From a virus: a stretch of 64,000 nucleotides of DNA. A program made the translations under genes and the position numbers. This document shows positions 19,095-26,930 of this stretch, piece after piece. The stretch lies in IMG/VR virus record IMGVR_UViG_3300021964_000013; one strand, given 5' to 3'. The first letter of the stretch is position 1. Every line of letters begins with the position of its first letter. The notes beneath the pieces are model-generated. The model worked only from the letters and a program-made list of their open reading frames with translations, searched no databases and was not told where the DNA came from.

Positions 19095-20366
19095 GTGAAA
19101 AAATTATTAGATTATCTTGTTTTAGTTTTGATTGTTGGTTTGATGATGTTTCTCTCATCATGTGAGAAAGACTATATTGAACCTTTGGATGATTCCATCG
19201 TAATCGAGGAACCATCGGAGGTAGACACTACGTGGAACCCCATAGAATTTGAGGATATCGATCCTTTCCTCTCAACCCCCGCTGAAGATGCTCATAGAGT
19301 CGTTAATGTGGTGGTGATAAACTATATACCCACAAAAGATAAGGGACAAACTCTTGACCAATACACCTTTCCATGGAGAGGAAACAACGGTCAATTAGAT
19401 ATGGATTTACCTGTGAGTGAATATAAGAAGTGGTTACTCACATCAACCATTAGAACAAAATTTGCCTTCGAAGAAGGTACTAAGTTCAGGGGATATAAGA
19501 GTAATTCAAGACCTTCAGTTGGTATAAAGGTATTGAAGTATATTAATGTATATGAAATGCCGAAGATTGAAAGACAAATGCCATCAAACCTATTCGCGGT
19601 AGATAGTACCGAAGGTTATTTCCCCGACTATAATAAATTATTTGCGGATATAGGTATGGACACCTTGGTTAATAATCACGATGTCAAGGAGGTTTGGTTT
19701 AATAGGAAATCGTTGGCGGTCCCTGAATCAAATATGTCAAGTCCAAGTTCGGGGGACATCAGTAACCCATACTTCGGTTCAAGTCAATATGGTTTTAATA
19801 ATACCATTGACGAATATGATTTACCTATCTATGATAAAACCTATGTGGTTTACTCTCATTGGATGCATAACTCATACGATAAGAACTTACACGTAAGGGG
19901 TCACCAAGTAGAGGCACAAATGAATCAAGTGGATGGTAATGATTTTATTTGGGGTAAGTTTAAAGGACAAGTGAATACCTCCGATGGAAGAACAAGAGGT
20001 TGTGGGACCGTACACCTCCCACCTAATGCGACTTCGGGTTATCAATATAATAACACACACTATATCTTATCAGATATTGAGGATTGGAATCCTGAAGGTA
20101 CGGGACAACAGACCGAAGTGAATAATAGTAATTGGGTAAAGAACTACACCATCAACTACAATTTCCCAACTTCAACTTATCATGGTGAGGTACAAAGGAA
20201 TGTAGTTGGTAATGATCCTGAGGGTGGATGGTTAATGTATTGGTACCAATCAATACCCGGCTACGATAATGGTATTGAATATGGTGATAAAGAACTCAAA
20301 AACTTTTGGGATGTGATCTATGATTGGGATTACCATTTTACAAACGACAAGGACTTATTAAAATAA
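19095..20366 (+). CDS. Lipoprotein, probably surface-exposed
   Basis: Lipobox LSSC followed by EKD and an acidic stretch; contains an HxxGHxxE motif. Confidence 0.7.
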   Translation: MKKLLDYLVLVLIVGLMMFLSSCEKDYIEPLDDSIVIEEPSEVDTTWNPIEFEDIDPFLSTPAEDAHRVVNVVVINYIPTKDKGQTLDQYTFPWRGNNGQLDMDLPVSEYKKWLLTSTIRTKFAFEEGTKFRGYKSNSRPSVGIKVLKYINVYEMPKIERQMPSNLFAVDSTEGYFPDYNKLFADIGMDTLVNNHDVKEVWFNRKSLAVPESNMSSPSSGDISNPYFGSSQYGFNNTIDEYDLPIYDKTYVVYSHWMHNSYDKNLHVRGHQVEAQMNQVDGNDFIWGKFKGQVNTSDGRTRGCGTVHLPPNATSGYQYNNTHYILSDIEDWNPEGTGQQTEVNNSNWVKNYTINYNFPTSTYHGEVQRNVVGNDPEGGWLMYWYQSIPGYDNGIEYGDKELKNFWDVIYDWDYHFTNDKDLLK

Positions 20367-20377
20367 ATCATAACAAA

Positions 20378-20602
20378 ATGTTACTAACGTTTATCAGATG
20401 GGGTTTGAGGTTACACTCGGTGTTTCACATATTCGAGTTTGTTACCGCAATCTACGAATCGGCCTACATTACAGCAGTAATCGCATTCATGTCCGCTCTC
20501 ATACAATACTTAGGTAGTGTGTACTTACCAAAGGAACATATCCATGTCGGTGGTTTTATTCCTGACATCCATGAGAATTGTGATAATGAAAAAAAATCGT
20601 GA
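20378..20602 (+). CDS. Small membrane protein
   Basis: Hydrophobic segments; start reassigned. Confidence 0.5.
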   Translation: MLLTFIRWGLRLHSVFHIFEFVTAIYESAYITAVIAFMSALIQYLGSVYLPKEHIHVGGFIPDIHENCDNEKKS

Positions 20603-20607
20603 TAAAG

Positions 20608-20638
20608 TTTGTATATTCAAACAAAATCATTAAATTTG
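20608..20638 (+). promoter_or_regulatory. Bacteroidota primary-sigma promoter
   Basis: TTTG-N19-TAAATTTG. Confidence 0.75.
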
Positions 20639-20659
20639 TATTAATATTAAAACATTATA

Positions 20660-21208
20660 ATGAAAACATTAGTTATTCATCCTAAAGATTCGACCACACA
20701 TTTCTTAGACATTGTCTACAGAAATATAGATGACCTAACACTCATCACCGGTGGTGTCAGTAAGGATTATGTTATGGAACAAATCAAAACCCACGATAGG
20801 GTTATGATGATGGGACATGGATCACCCGGTGGTCTATTTGCCGTGGGTCAATTTGACCAAACAAGAGGTTTTATTATTGATCACGAGTGTGTTGAGTTAC
20901 TTAAAGAGAAGGATAATTCAGTCTTTATTTGGTGTAACGCTGATCAATTCGTGGAGAGATATGACCTTAAAGGTTTTTACACGGGTATGTTTATCAGTGA
21001 AGTGGGTGAAGCCATGTATTGTGGTTTACCTGAAACCGAACAACCTGAAGTGGATGAATCCAACTATTCCTTTGTGGAGATCATGGGTGAGTGTATTGAC
21101 CACGACCCTAAGACCATTCACTTTGTTGCAAAAGAAAGATATGGTAAATTGGTTGACCATAACCCTGTTGCAAAGTACAATCACGAACGTTTATATGTTA
21201 ATTTTTAA
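20660..21208 (+). CDS. Possible caspase/gingipain-fold Cys peptidase
   Basis: Hydrophobic strand-GHG (MMMGHGS) and strand-Cys (VFIWC) dyad pattern. Confidence 0.4.
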   Translation: MKTLVIHPKDSTTHFLDIVYRNIDDLTLITGGVSKDYVMEQIKTHDRVMMMGHGSPGGLFAVGQFDQTRGFIIDHECVELLKEKDNSVFIWCNADQFVERYDLKGFYTGMFISEVGEAMYCGLPETEQPEVDESNYSFVEIMGECIDHDPKTIHFVAKERYGKLVDHNPVAKYNHERLYVNF

Positions 21209-21211
21209 GTT

Positions 21212-21718
21212 ATGTTAGAGATCACATTTATTATTTTATTTGTTGTGGGTGCCGCCTATATTATCTACAACCACAACCCATACGTGGGATTCCAAAAACT
21301 GTATCTGAATCAAATGTCAGAACCGTTGACAACGAACATCATAGATACTTCGTATAATCTATTGTCTAATACACACGGAGTAAAAAAACCCGTCTTTAAA
21401 CTTGCCAACCTTTCAGGCGCGAATTCAAAGACACATAATATAGCAGACGGGGCTACTGTGTATGGTAGTTATGATGCCAATACCAAACTGATATTGATTG
21501 ATAGACAACGTATGTTGTCGGATAATGTTAATTGGGAAGAGTTCCTTTCAACAATTACTCATGAGTTTGGTCATTATGTTGATGACGTTTCTCACAATTT
21601 AAACCTTGGAAATACTATATCAGAGATACTTGAGAATCGAGCTGAGAAGTTTGCCGAGGATAATCTTAAAAAAGTCAGTAAAGAAGTTTTAAAAGTATAC
21701 TACAATGAAAAAGTATAG
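21212..21718 (+). CDS. Membrane-anchored zincin-like metallopeptidase
   Basis: N-terminal TM, THEFGH and a downstream ExxAExFA. Confidence 0.7.
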   Translation: MLEITFIILFVVGAAYIIYNHNPYVGFQKLYLNQMSEPLTTNIIDTSYNLLSNTHGVKKPVFKLANLSGANSKTHNIADGATVYGSYDANTKLILIDRQRMLSDNVNWEEFLSTITHEFGHYVDDVSHNLNLGNTISEILENRAEKFAEDNLKKVSKEVLKVYYNEKV

Positions 21719-22337
21719 GTTAGAGGTTTATGGTTGGGAGATGGAGGCGATTGGTCACTCTATTACCGATGAACAAGTTGATCAGATTGTTCAAATCATG
21801 GAAGATAATGGTTACGAAGAACTATGGGAGTGTAGAAATAATGGGGATATAGAAGATGCGGATGTCATTCCTGACATATATAACCCCGACCTCTTCCATG
21901 TGAGTCGGGCATTGGATAATGGCACTACTTTCTATGTTGTACGAGATGAGAACGATGAGATTATTTTGGAGTTCGAACAGAAAGACTTAGGAGATCCTTA
22001 TGATATGTTGGGTGATGATGATGTCATTGAAAACAACTACCCTTATGAAGGTTATTTATGTATCCCCGAAATGATGGAGGGTGTGGATAATATCCTATTC
22101 ATTGCCGATGAGAATAAGGGTGGGATATGTGAGTTAACATTCGAAAGCGATGAGATACCTACACCTAAAGATTTCTGTATATTAAATGGTGATGTTGGGA
22201 CTCCCGATGGAGATTGGGACTTTATATCAAAATATTTCTATAAAGGTAAGGAGTTGGAAGAATGGGATGGTTTGGACAATAGGGGTAAAGCATCCACAGT
22301 TGAGATCTATCGGAAAGATGGTACTGTTATTCATTAA
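21705..22337 (+). CDS. Acidic hypothetical protein
   Basis: ORF track. Confidence 0.6.
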   Translation: MKKYRLEVYGWEMEAIGHSITDEQVDQIVQIMEDNGYEELWECRNNGDIEDADVIPDIYNPDLFHVSRALDNGTTFYVVRDENDEIILEFEQKDLGDPYDMLGDDDVIENNYPYEGYLCIPEMMEGVDNILFIADENKGGICELTFESDEIPTPKDFCILNGDVGTPDGDWDFISKYFYKGKELEEWDGLDNRGKASTVEIYRKDGTVIH

Positions 22338-22345
22338 ACGGGTAT

Positions 22346-22380
22346 AAAGGGTTGATTATTTCAACCCTTTTTTTTATATT
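22346..22380 (+). terminator. Terminator hairpin overlapping a TTGAT-N18-TATATT promoter
   Basis: AAAGGGTTGA-TTATT-TCAACCCTTT plus T-tract; TTGAT 22352-56, TATATT 22375-80. Confidence 0.75.
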
Positions 22381-22401
22381 TTATGTAGAAATACTAAAAA
22401 T

Positions 22402-22671
22402 ATGAATAGTAATGAATTTGTACATTGGTTAAAAGGTTTCATTGACGCCTGTGGTGTAGATCTATCGGTCACACAACTTAATAAGATCAAAGATAAGTTG
22501 GAGGAAACAAGTGAGGTATATTGTCCCCAACAAATAACACCAAGTCAACCTTATTCACCACCATGGACTATAGGGGATCAACCTTATGACCCCAACAAAA
22601 TATGGTATACCTCAAGTACGGGTACATCATCCTCCTCTTTTGGTACAGATTCGGAAGAATTTAAAAACTAA
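22402..22671 (+). CDS. Hypothetical protein
   Basis: 'EFVHWLKGF' phage-family pattern. Confidence 0.6.
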   Translation: MNSNEFVHWLKGFIDACGVDLSVTQLNKIKDKLEETSEVYCPQQITPSQPYSPPWTIGDQPYDPNKIWYTSSTGTSSSSFGTDSEEFKN

Positions 22672-22680
22672 ATTTTATAC

Positions 22681-23640
22681 ATGATAAGAACAGCAGAATG
22701 TGTATCTCCTATGCATCCCGATAAGATGTGTGATAGGATCTCAGATACACTATTAGATTTACACTTACAACAAGATGAGAACTCAAGATGTGCCATTGAA
22801 ACATGTGGTGGTATTGGACAAGTGTTCATTACGGGTGAGGTAACATCTAATGCATTGGTAAATGATGCAATGATTAAGAAGGTGGTGAAAGACATCACTA
22901 AGGATCCCGATATTCAGGTGACCATAAATTTGAATCAACAATCCCCTGAGATTGCGCAAGGTGTTGATATAGGAGGTGCTGGTGATCAAGGTATTATGAT
23001 TGGGTTTGCGTGTGAAGATAACGAGGAGTACCTTCCACAAGAATATTATTTGGCACGAGAACTCAATAAACACATCTATAGAACATATCCCTTCGATGGA
23101 AAGACCCAAATCACCTTAAATGGAAGTAAGGTTAGGGTGGTTTGTTCATTCCAAAACGCACCAAAAGAGATGTTGGAAGGTATGGTCACAGGATGGTTTA
23201 GGAGATATCCTGAGTACATCATAGAATCTCTGCATTGTAACCCCGCAGGTGATTGGAACATTGGTGGGTTTACTGCGGATGCAGGACTAACAGGTAGAAA
23301 ACTTGCGGTCGATAACTATGGACCAAGAGTTCCGATTGGCGGTGGCGCCTTTAGTGGTAAAGATTCGACTAAGGTTGATAGATCCGCGGCGTACATGGCA
23401 AGAAAGATTGCTGTTGACTACTGTAAACTATATGGTGGTGACACCTATGTTACTTTGGCATATGCTATTGGATACGACCAACCACTACAGGCAACTGTTG
23501 TGTGTGGGGATCACGTCATGGAGATAGAGGGTTACGACCTATCTCCTCAAGGTATCATAAAATTCCTTGACTTAAAGAAACCGATCTTCGGAAAGACCGC
23601 TGAATTTGGTCACATGGGATGTGGTTTTAATTGGGAATAG
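22681..23640 (+). CDS. metK: S-adenosylmethionine synthetase
   Basis: HPDK, GAGDQG, DAGLTGRK and GGGAFSGKD..KVDRS motifs. Confidence 0.95.
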   Translation: MIRTAECVSPMHPDKMCDRISDTLLDLHLQQDENSRCAIETCGGIGQVFITGEVTSNALVNDAMIKKVVKDITKDPDIQVTINLNQQSPEIAQGVDIGGAGDQGIMIGFACEDNEEYLPQEYYLARELNKHIYRTYPFDGKTQITLNGSKVRVVCSFQNAPKEMLEGMVTGWFRRYPEYIIESLHCNPAGDWNIGGFTADAGLTGRKLAVDNYGPRVPIGGGAFSGKDSTKVDRSAAYMARKIAVDYCKLYGGDTYVTLAYAIGYDQPLQATVVCGDHVMEIEGYDLSPQGIIKFLDLKKPIFGKTAEFGHMGCGFNWE

Positions 23641-23671
23641 TTGATTTTTTCAAATATAAAATGTATATTTG
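23641..23671 (+). promoter_or_regulatory. Hybrid promoter TTGAT-N18-TATATTTG
   Basis: Satisfies both the TATATT and the TAnnTTTG consensus. Confidence 0.7.
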
Positions 23672-23703
23672 GAGTATCATAATAAGAATTAATATTTAAA
23701 AAC

Positions 23704-23871
23704 ATGAGTGCAAAACAAGAAATTTTCGAACAAATTCAGTCTCACTATGATGCGTTTGTGGAGAACCACAACGCAACCACAAAGGCGGGAGCAACAAGAG
23801 CAAGAAAACACATTGGTGAAATCAAGAAACTTGTTACTGATTACAGAAAAGCATCAGTATCAGAATCTTAA
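23704..23871 (+). CDS. Histone H1-like (Hc1 family) protein, 55 aa (not in ORF track)
   Basis: MSAKQEIFEQIQSHYDAFVENHNATTKAGATRARKHIGEIKKLVTDYRKASVSES; KAxxxRARK...RKxS motif. Confidence 0.75.
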   Translation: MSAKQEIFEQIQSHYDAFVENHNATTKAGATRARKHIGEIKKLVTDYRKASVSES

Positions 23872-23948
23872 GGTACGTGGAATCCAAATAGGTCACACAC
23901 TCTTCGGAGTATACTAATAGTGTGTTCGAAAGGTGAAACGATACCTTA
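23869..23948 (+). ncRNA. Candidate structured RNA
   Basis: Outer stem TAAGGTA/TACCTTA, inner CACAC/GTGTG and an ACTC-TTCG-GAGT hairpin. Confidence 0.4.
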
Positions 23949-23952
23949 CTAA

Positions 23953-23986
23953 AAACCCCACAGAAATGTGGGGTTTCTTGTTTTTT
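23953..23986 (+). terminator. Rho-independent terminator
   Basis: AAACCCCACA-GAAA-TGTGGGGTTT followed by a T-rich tail. Confidence 0.85.
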
Positions 23987-24006
23987 AACATTTTTTTTGG
24001 TAATTA

Positions 24007-24037
24007 TTGAAATACTAAAGAATATTTTTTATATTTG
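24007..24037 (+). promoter_or_regulatory. Hybrid promoter TTGAA-N18-TATATTTG
   Basis: Motif directly upstream of small ORFs. Confidence 0.65.
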
Positions 24038-24057
24038 TAGTATAAAGTCATGAAATT

Positions 24058-24222
24058 ATGAATTATATTGAGATTGTAAAAAACTTGGAACAAATTAAAA
24101 CTCTTTGTGAAGAGGACTCTCCCATGATTGCATCCCAACGATTGGGGTGGTTAATAAACGACATCAAAGAACACCAAAACAGACTTACGTTTTGGGATGT
24201 ATTAACAGGTAAGAAGTCATGA
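24058..24222 (+). CDS. Small hypothetical protein (54 aa)
   Basis: Hand translation MNYIEIVKNLEQIKTLCEEDSPMIASQRLGWLINDIKEHQNRLTFWDVLTGKKS. Confidence 0.5.
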   Translation: MNYIEIVKNLEQIKTLCEEDSPMIASQRLGWLINDIKEHQNRLTFWDVLTGKKS

Positions 24223-24871
24223 AAATTGAATTTAATTGGGGTAGGATAATTAAGATTGTAATAATCTTATACATACTTTCTCGTCTCGCACGAATTATAG
24301 TAAACGAGTTCGTGTTATGAGGAACTTCAATAACAGTGATATAGGATACCCCGATCCCGAATGGTTGGACAACAAACAGGGATTTAAATCTAATGAAGAA
24401 CATGGAGAAGACAAGATACCAATTCATGAGGATCGCAATGGCGAGACTAAAAAGTAAGTACCCCTTCAAACCTCAACGACGTGCGATCGCATCCAAAATG
24501 TGGGTAAGGTATATTGAACGTATAGATTTTAACTTTGGATCATTAGAGGGGGAACTTCTTTGATTATGTTAAAACCTAAATTATATTGGACATCCAATGG
24601 AAAAATTTTTGATAATTATGAAGACGCTCTTGAAGAGAGTAAGAAAAATCCACAGACACTTGATTTGGTTAGAGAACCAAAGGATGAAATGTGCAATAGA
24701 GACCGGTAGTGTCGACCCACTACTATAACCAAATAGATGGGGAGGAGTTTTTATTATTAATTTAAATTTTAAAACGAAATGGTTATTCGTTCCTCCCCAC
24801 TATAATACACAAAATAAGGGTAAACGACCATATTGTATGCAAATACATATAACCTTTAACACCAAAGAGAG

Positions 24872-25129
24872 ATGAAATATTATTGGACAACTAAAGATGG
24901 TACAAAGTTCGATGTGGATGAAATGTCTACCGACCACCTAAGAAATGCATTGAAGATGATTCTTCGCAACTTAGATACTGCTAAGTCTAAGACTAAACCA
25001 ATGGGTAACATTGAATACCAATTCCAAGAGGCTGAGTGGAGAGATTGGGAGAATGAGCAAGAAGAGGATATACATCCCGATAGTGCCTATGGGCAATGGA
25101 TGAAACGATTTAACACCAAAGAGAGATGA
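24872..25129 (+). CDS. Cassette 1 hypothetical protein
   Basis: Starts and ends in the repeat; 'WTTKDG..FDVDEMSTDHLRN'. Confidence 0.7.
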   Translation: MKYYWTTKDGTKFDVDEMSTDHLRNALKMILRNLDTAKSKTKPMGNIEYQFQEAEWRDWENEQEEDIHPDSAYGQWMKRFNTKER

Positions 25130-25362
25130 AAACACCAATGCAAGAGTTGATTGAGATAATCAAGAAGCGTCAAGAAGATGATGAGGCAATGCCGTTTATG
25201 TACAATGATAAGATAATTGCGTTGGCAGAACAAATGCTTGAGAAAGAGAAAGAGGTGATGTCACAAGTTTACGCTGATGGTGGTGATTGGGATGAAGTTC
25301 CACAACCACGATTTGAAAACTACTACAACGAAACCTTTAAAACAAAGAGAAATGAAACTTAA
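25126..25362 (+). CDS. Cassette 2 (MKTPMQELIE family)
   Basis: Paralogue of 26257-26499. Confidence 0.7.
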   Translation: MKTPMQELIEIIKKRQEDDEAMPFMYNDKIIALAEQMLEKEKEVMSQVYADGGDWDEVPQPRFENYYNETFKTKRNET

Positions 25363-25588
25363 GAGCGTAGAATTTTTGATGCAACAATTGTTTGACCCCT
25401 CTTGGAAGGAAGGGATAGAAATCCAAAACAAGTGGTTTAAAACAGCAAAAGATATGCATAAGAATGAGATTAAGAATGCTTACAATCAAGGAAAATACGA
25501 TACAGAAGACATAGAACGTGGAGGTATGCCTAACTTTCTAACATTTGAAGATTACTACAACGCAACCTTTAATACCGGAGAAAAATGA
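25352..25588 (+). CDS. Cassette 3 (SVEFL...AK.MHK.EI..AY...YYN.TF family)
   Basis: Start reassigned to the repeat ATG at 25352. Confidence 0.7.
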   Translation: MKLKSVEFLMQQLFDPSWKEGIEIQNKWFKTAKDMHKNEIKNAYNQGKYDTEDIERGGMPNFLTFEDYYNATFNTGEK

Positions 25589-25755
25589 AAAGACTAATCA
25601 GTATGCTAACAATGAAGAGAACGCTTAAAACTTCTTTTAGAGATGCCGTAAGTGGTGAACAAGTTTTCTTCTACAAAGACAAGTATGGCGTAGAGTGGAT
25701 GGCTAACTATCCGTACTATCCGTTTAAGTTTAGAACCAAAACAAACGACAAATGA
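25585..25755 (+). CDS. Cassette 4 (56 aa; not in ORF track)
   Basis: MKRLISMLTMKRTLKTSFRDAVSGEQVFFYKDKYGVEWMANYPYYPFKFRTKTNDK, with ATGA overlaps at both ends. Confidence 0.65.
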   Translation: MKRLISMLTMKRTLKTSFRDAVSGEQVFFYKDKYGVEWMANYPYYPFKFRTKTNDK

Positions 25756-26006
25756 AAAACTTATTTAAAAGAAAACCAAGAAGAACACTATCAGAGGTAA
25801 GTGCAGAATTTGCAAAAAAAGTCCCACTTCCCCCTAATAATACTATAGATAGAAAAATAGAAATGACAAGACAAGAATTATTAAACCAAGTAGCAGAAAA
25901 ACTTGAGAGATGTGAGTACACACCAATAGTAACTGAAAAAGAGGAGATGCAGATTTGGGCGATGTTGCTCAATGAAGTTTATGAAGAAATCTTTAACACC
26001 AAATAA
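25752..26006 (+). CDS. Cassette 5 hypothetical protein
   Basis: Ends in the repeat-encoded IFNTK. Confidence 0.6.
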   Translation: MKNLFKRKPRRTLSEVSAEFAKKVPLPPNNTIDRKIEMTRQELLNQVAEKLERCEYTPIVTEKEEMQIWAMLLNEVYEEIFNTK

Positions 26007-26024
26007 TGAAAACACCAAAGAAAG

Positions 26025-26150
26025 ATGAGAGAGATACTACTTGATATGTACGAGAAACTTTGGAACGCTGACAAGGACAAGTGGACTTGGAATGTGATAC
26101 TGAAGGACACGCTTGAGAAATTAGAGACCAAAGATGATACAGAACGATAG
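26025..26150 (+). CDS. Cassette 6 (41 aa; not in ORF track)
   Basis: MREILLDMYEKLWNADKDKWTWNVILKDTLEKLETKDDTER, starting at a repeat ATG. Confidence 0.55.
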   Translation: MREILLDMYEKLWNADKDKWTWNVILKDTLEKLETKDDTER

Positions 26151-26256
26151 GGTTTTGTGTCTTTAATAGAACATTATGTCAAGTAAACTGCACAAGATGC
26201 TTGACACCTTTAACGACAGAGGGACATTGATGTCCCTCTGTGAAAACAAAAGAGAA

Positions 26257-26499
26257 ATGAAAACACCAATGCAAGAGTTGATTGAGCAACTCAATGAATT
26301 AGAAGCAAAGTTAACCTCATTAGAGGATGCAATGTATCGTGGAGGCGTAAGAAACGCTAAACGATTAGCAGAGGAACTACTTAAGAAAGAGAAAGAAATC
26401 ATCTGCAACGCCTTTAGTGATGCACAACACGGAGCAGTTGAGTCAAGATGGACTGCTGAAGAATACTTTGAAGAAACCTTTAACACCAAAGAGAGATGA
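26257..26499 (+). CDS. Cassette 7 (MKTPMQELIE family)
   Basis: First 30 nt are identical to cassette 2; ends TFNTKER. Confidence 0.7.
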   Translation: MKTPMQELIEQLNELEAKLTSLEDAMYRGGVRNAKRLAEELLKKEKEIICNAFSDAQHGAVESRWTAEEYFEETFNTKER

Positions 26500-26678
26500 A
26501 AAAGTTTATAGTTTTTGCATTCAGCCAATACTACCCCGCAGGTGGTATGGATGATGTAGTAGGTAGTTTTGATTACTTTGAAGATGCTGAAGCCCTTGTT
26601 CAAAAGTATAAGGATGATGACTACTATGACCATTATCAAATCTTCAATGCTGTGACAAGGGAGTGGAAAATATATTAA
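26496..26678 (+). CDS. Cassette 8 hypothetical protein
   Basis: 'F...YYPAGGMDD..GSF' phage-family pattern. Confidence 0.65.
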   Translation: MKKFIVFAFSQYYPAGGMDDVVGSFDYFEDAEALVQKYKDDDYYDHYQIFNAVTREWKIY

Positions 26679-26690
26679 CACCAAAGAGAG

Positions 26691-26918
26691 ATGAAAGCTA
26701 TCTTAGAGTTTAATCTTCCAGAAGACCAATCTGACTTTGATTTAGCGGTCAATGGTGCTAAAGCACAAGTAGCTCTTTGGGAAATGGACCAATGGTTACG
26801 AGCACAGTGTAAGTATATGCCTGACGATGAATACAGTAAGGATAAATACGAAACATTTGTGAAGTGCAGAGGCCAGCTCCGTGAGATTATGTTTGAGAAT
26901 GGATTAAAATTTGACTAA
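26691..26918 (+). CDS. Cassette 9 hypothetical protein
   Basis: 'MKAILEFNLPEDQ.DF' phage-family pattern. Confidence 0.7.
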   Translation: MKAILEFNLPEDQSDFDLAVNGAKAQVALWEMDQWLRAQCKYMPDDEYSKDKYETFVKCRGQLREIMFENGLKFD

Positions 26919-26930
26919 AAACAAAGAGAG

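Noticed and set aside
23708-23917. ORF-track 69-aa protein
   Set aside because: The overlapping frame 23704-23871 has an ATG start and an Hc1 motif and is the better call.
1-24800. Bacterial chromosome flanking a prophage
   Set aside because: The metabolic genes are isolated among phage-type small ORFs, with no housekeeping operons, integrase or att site.
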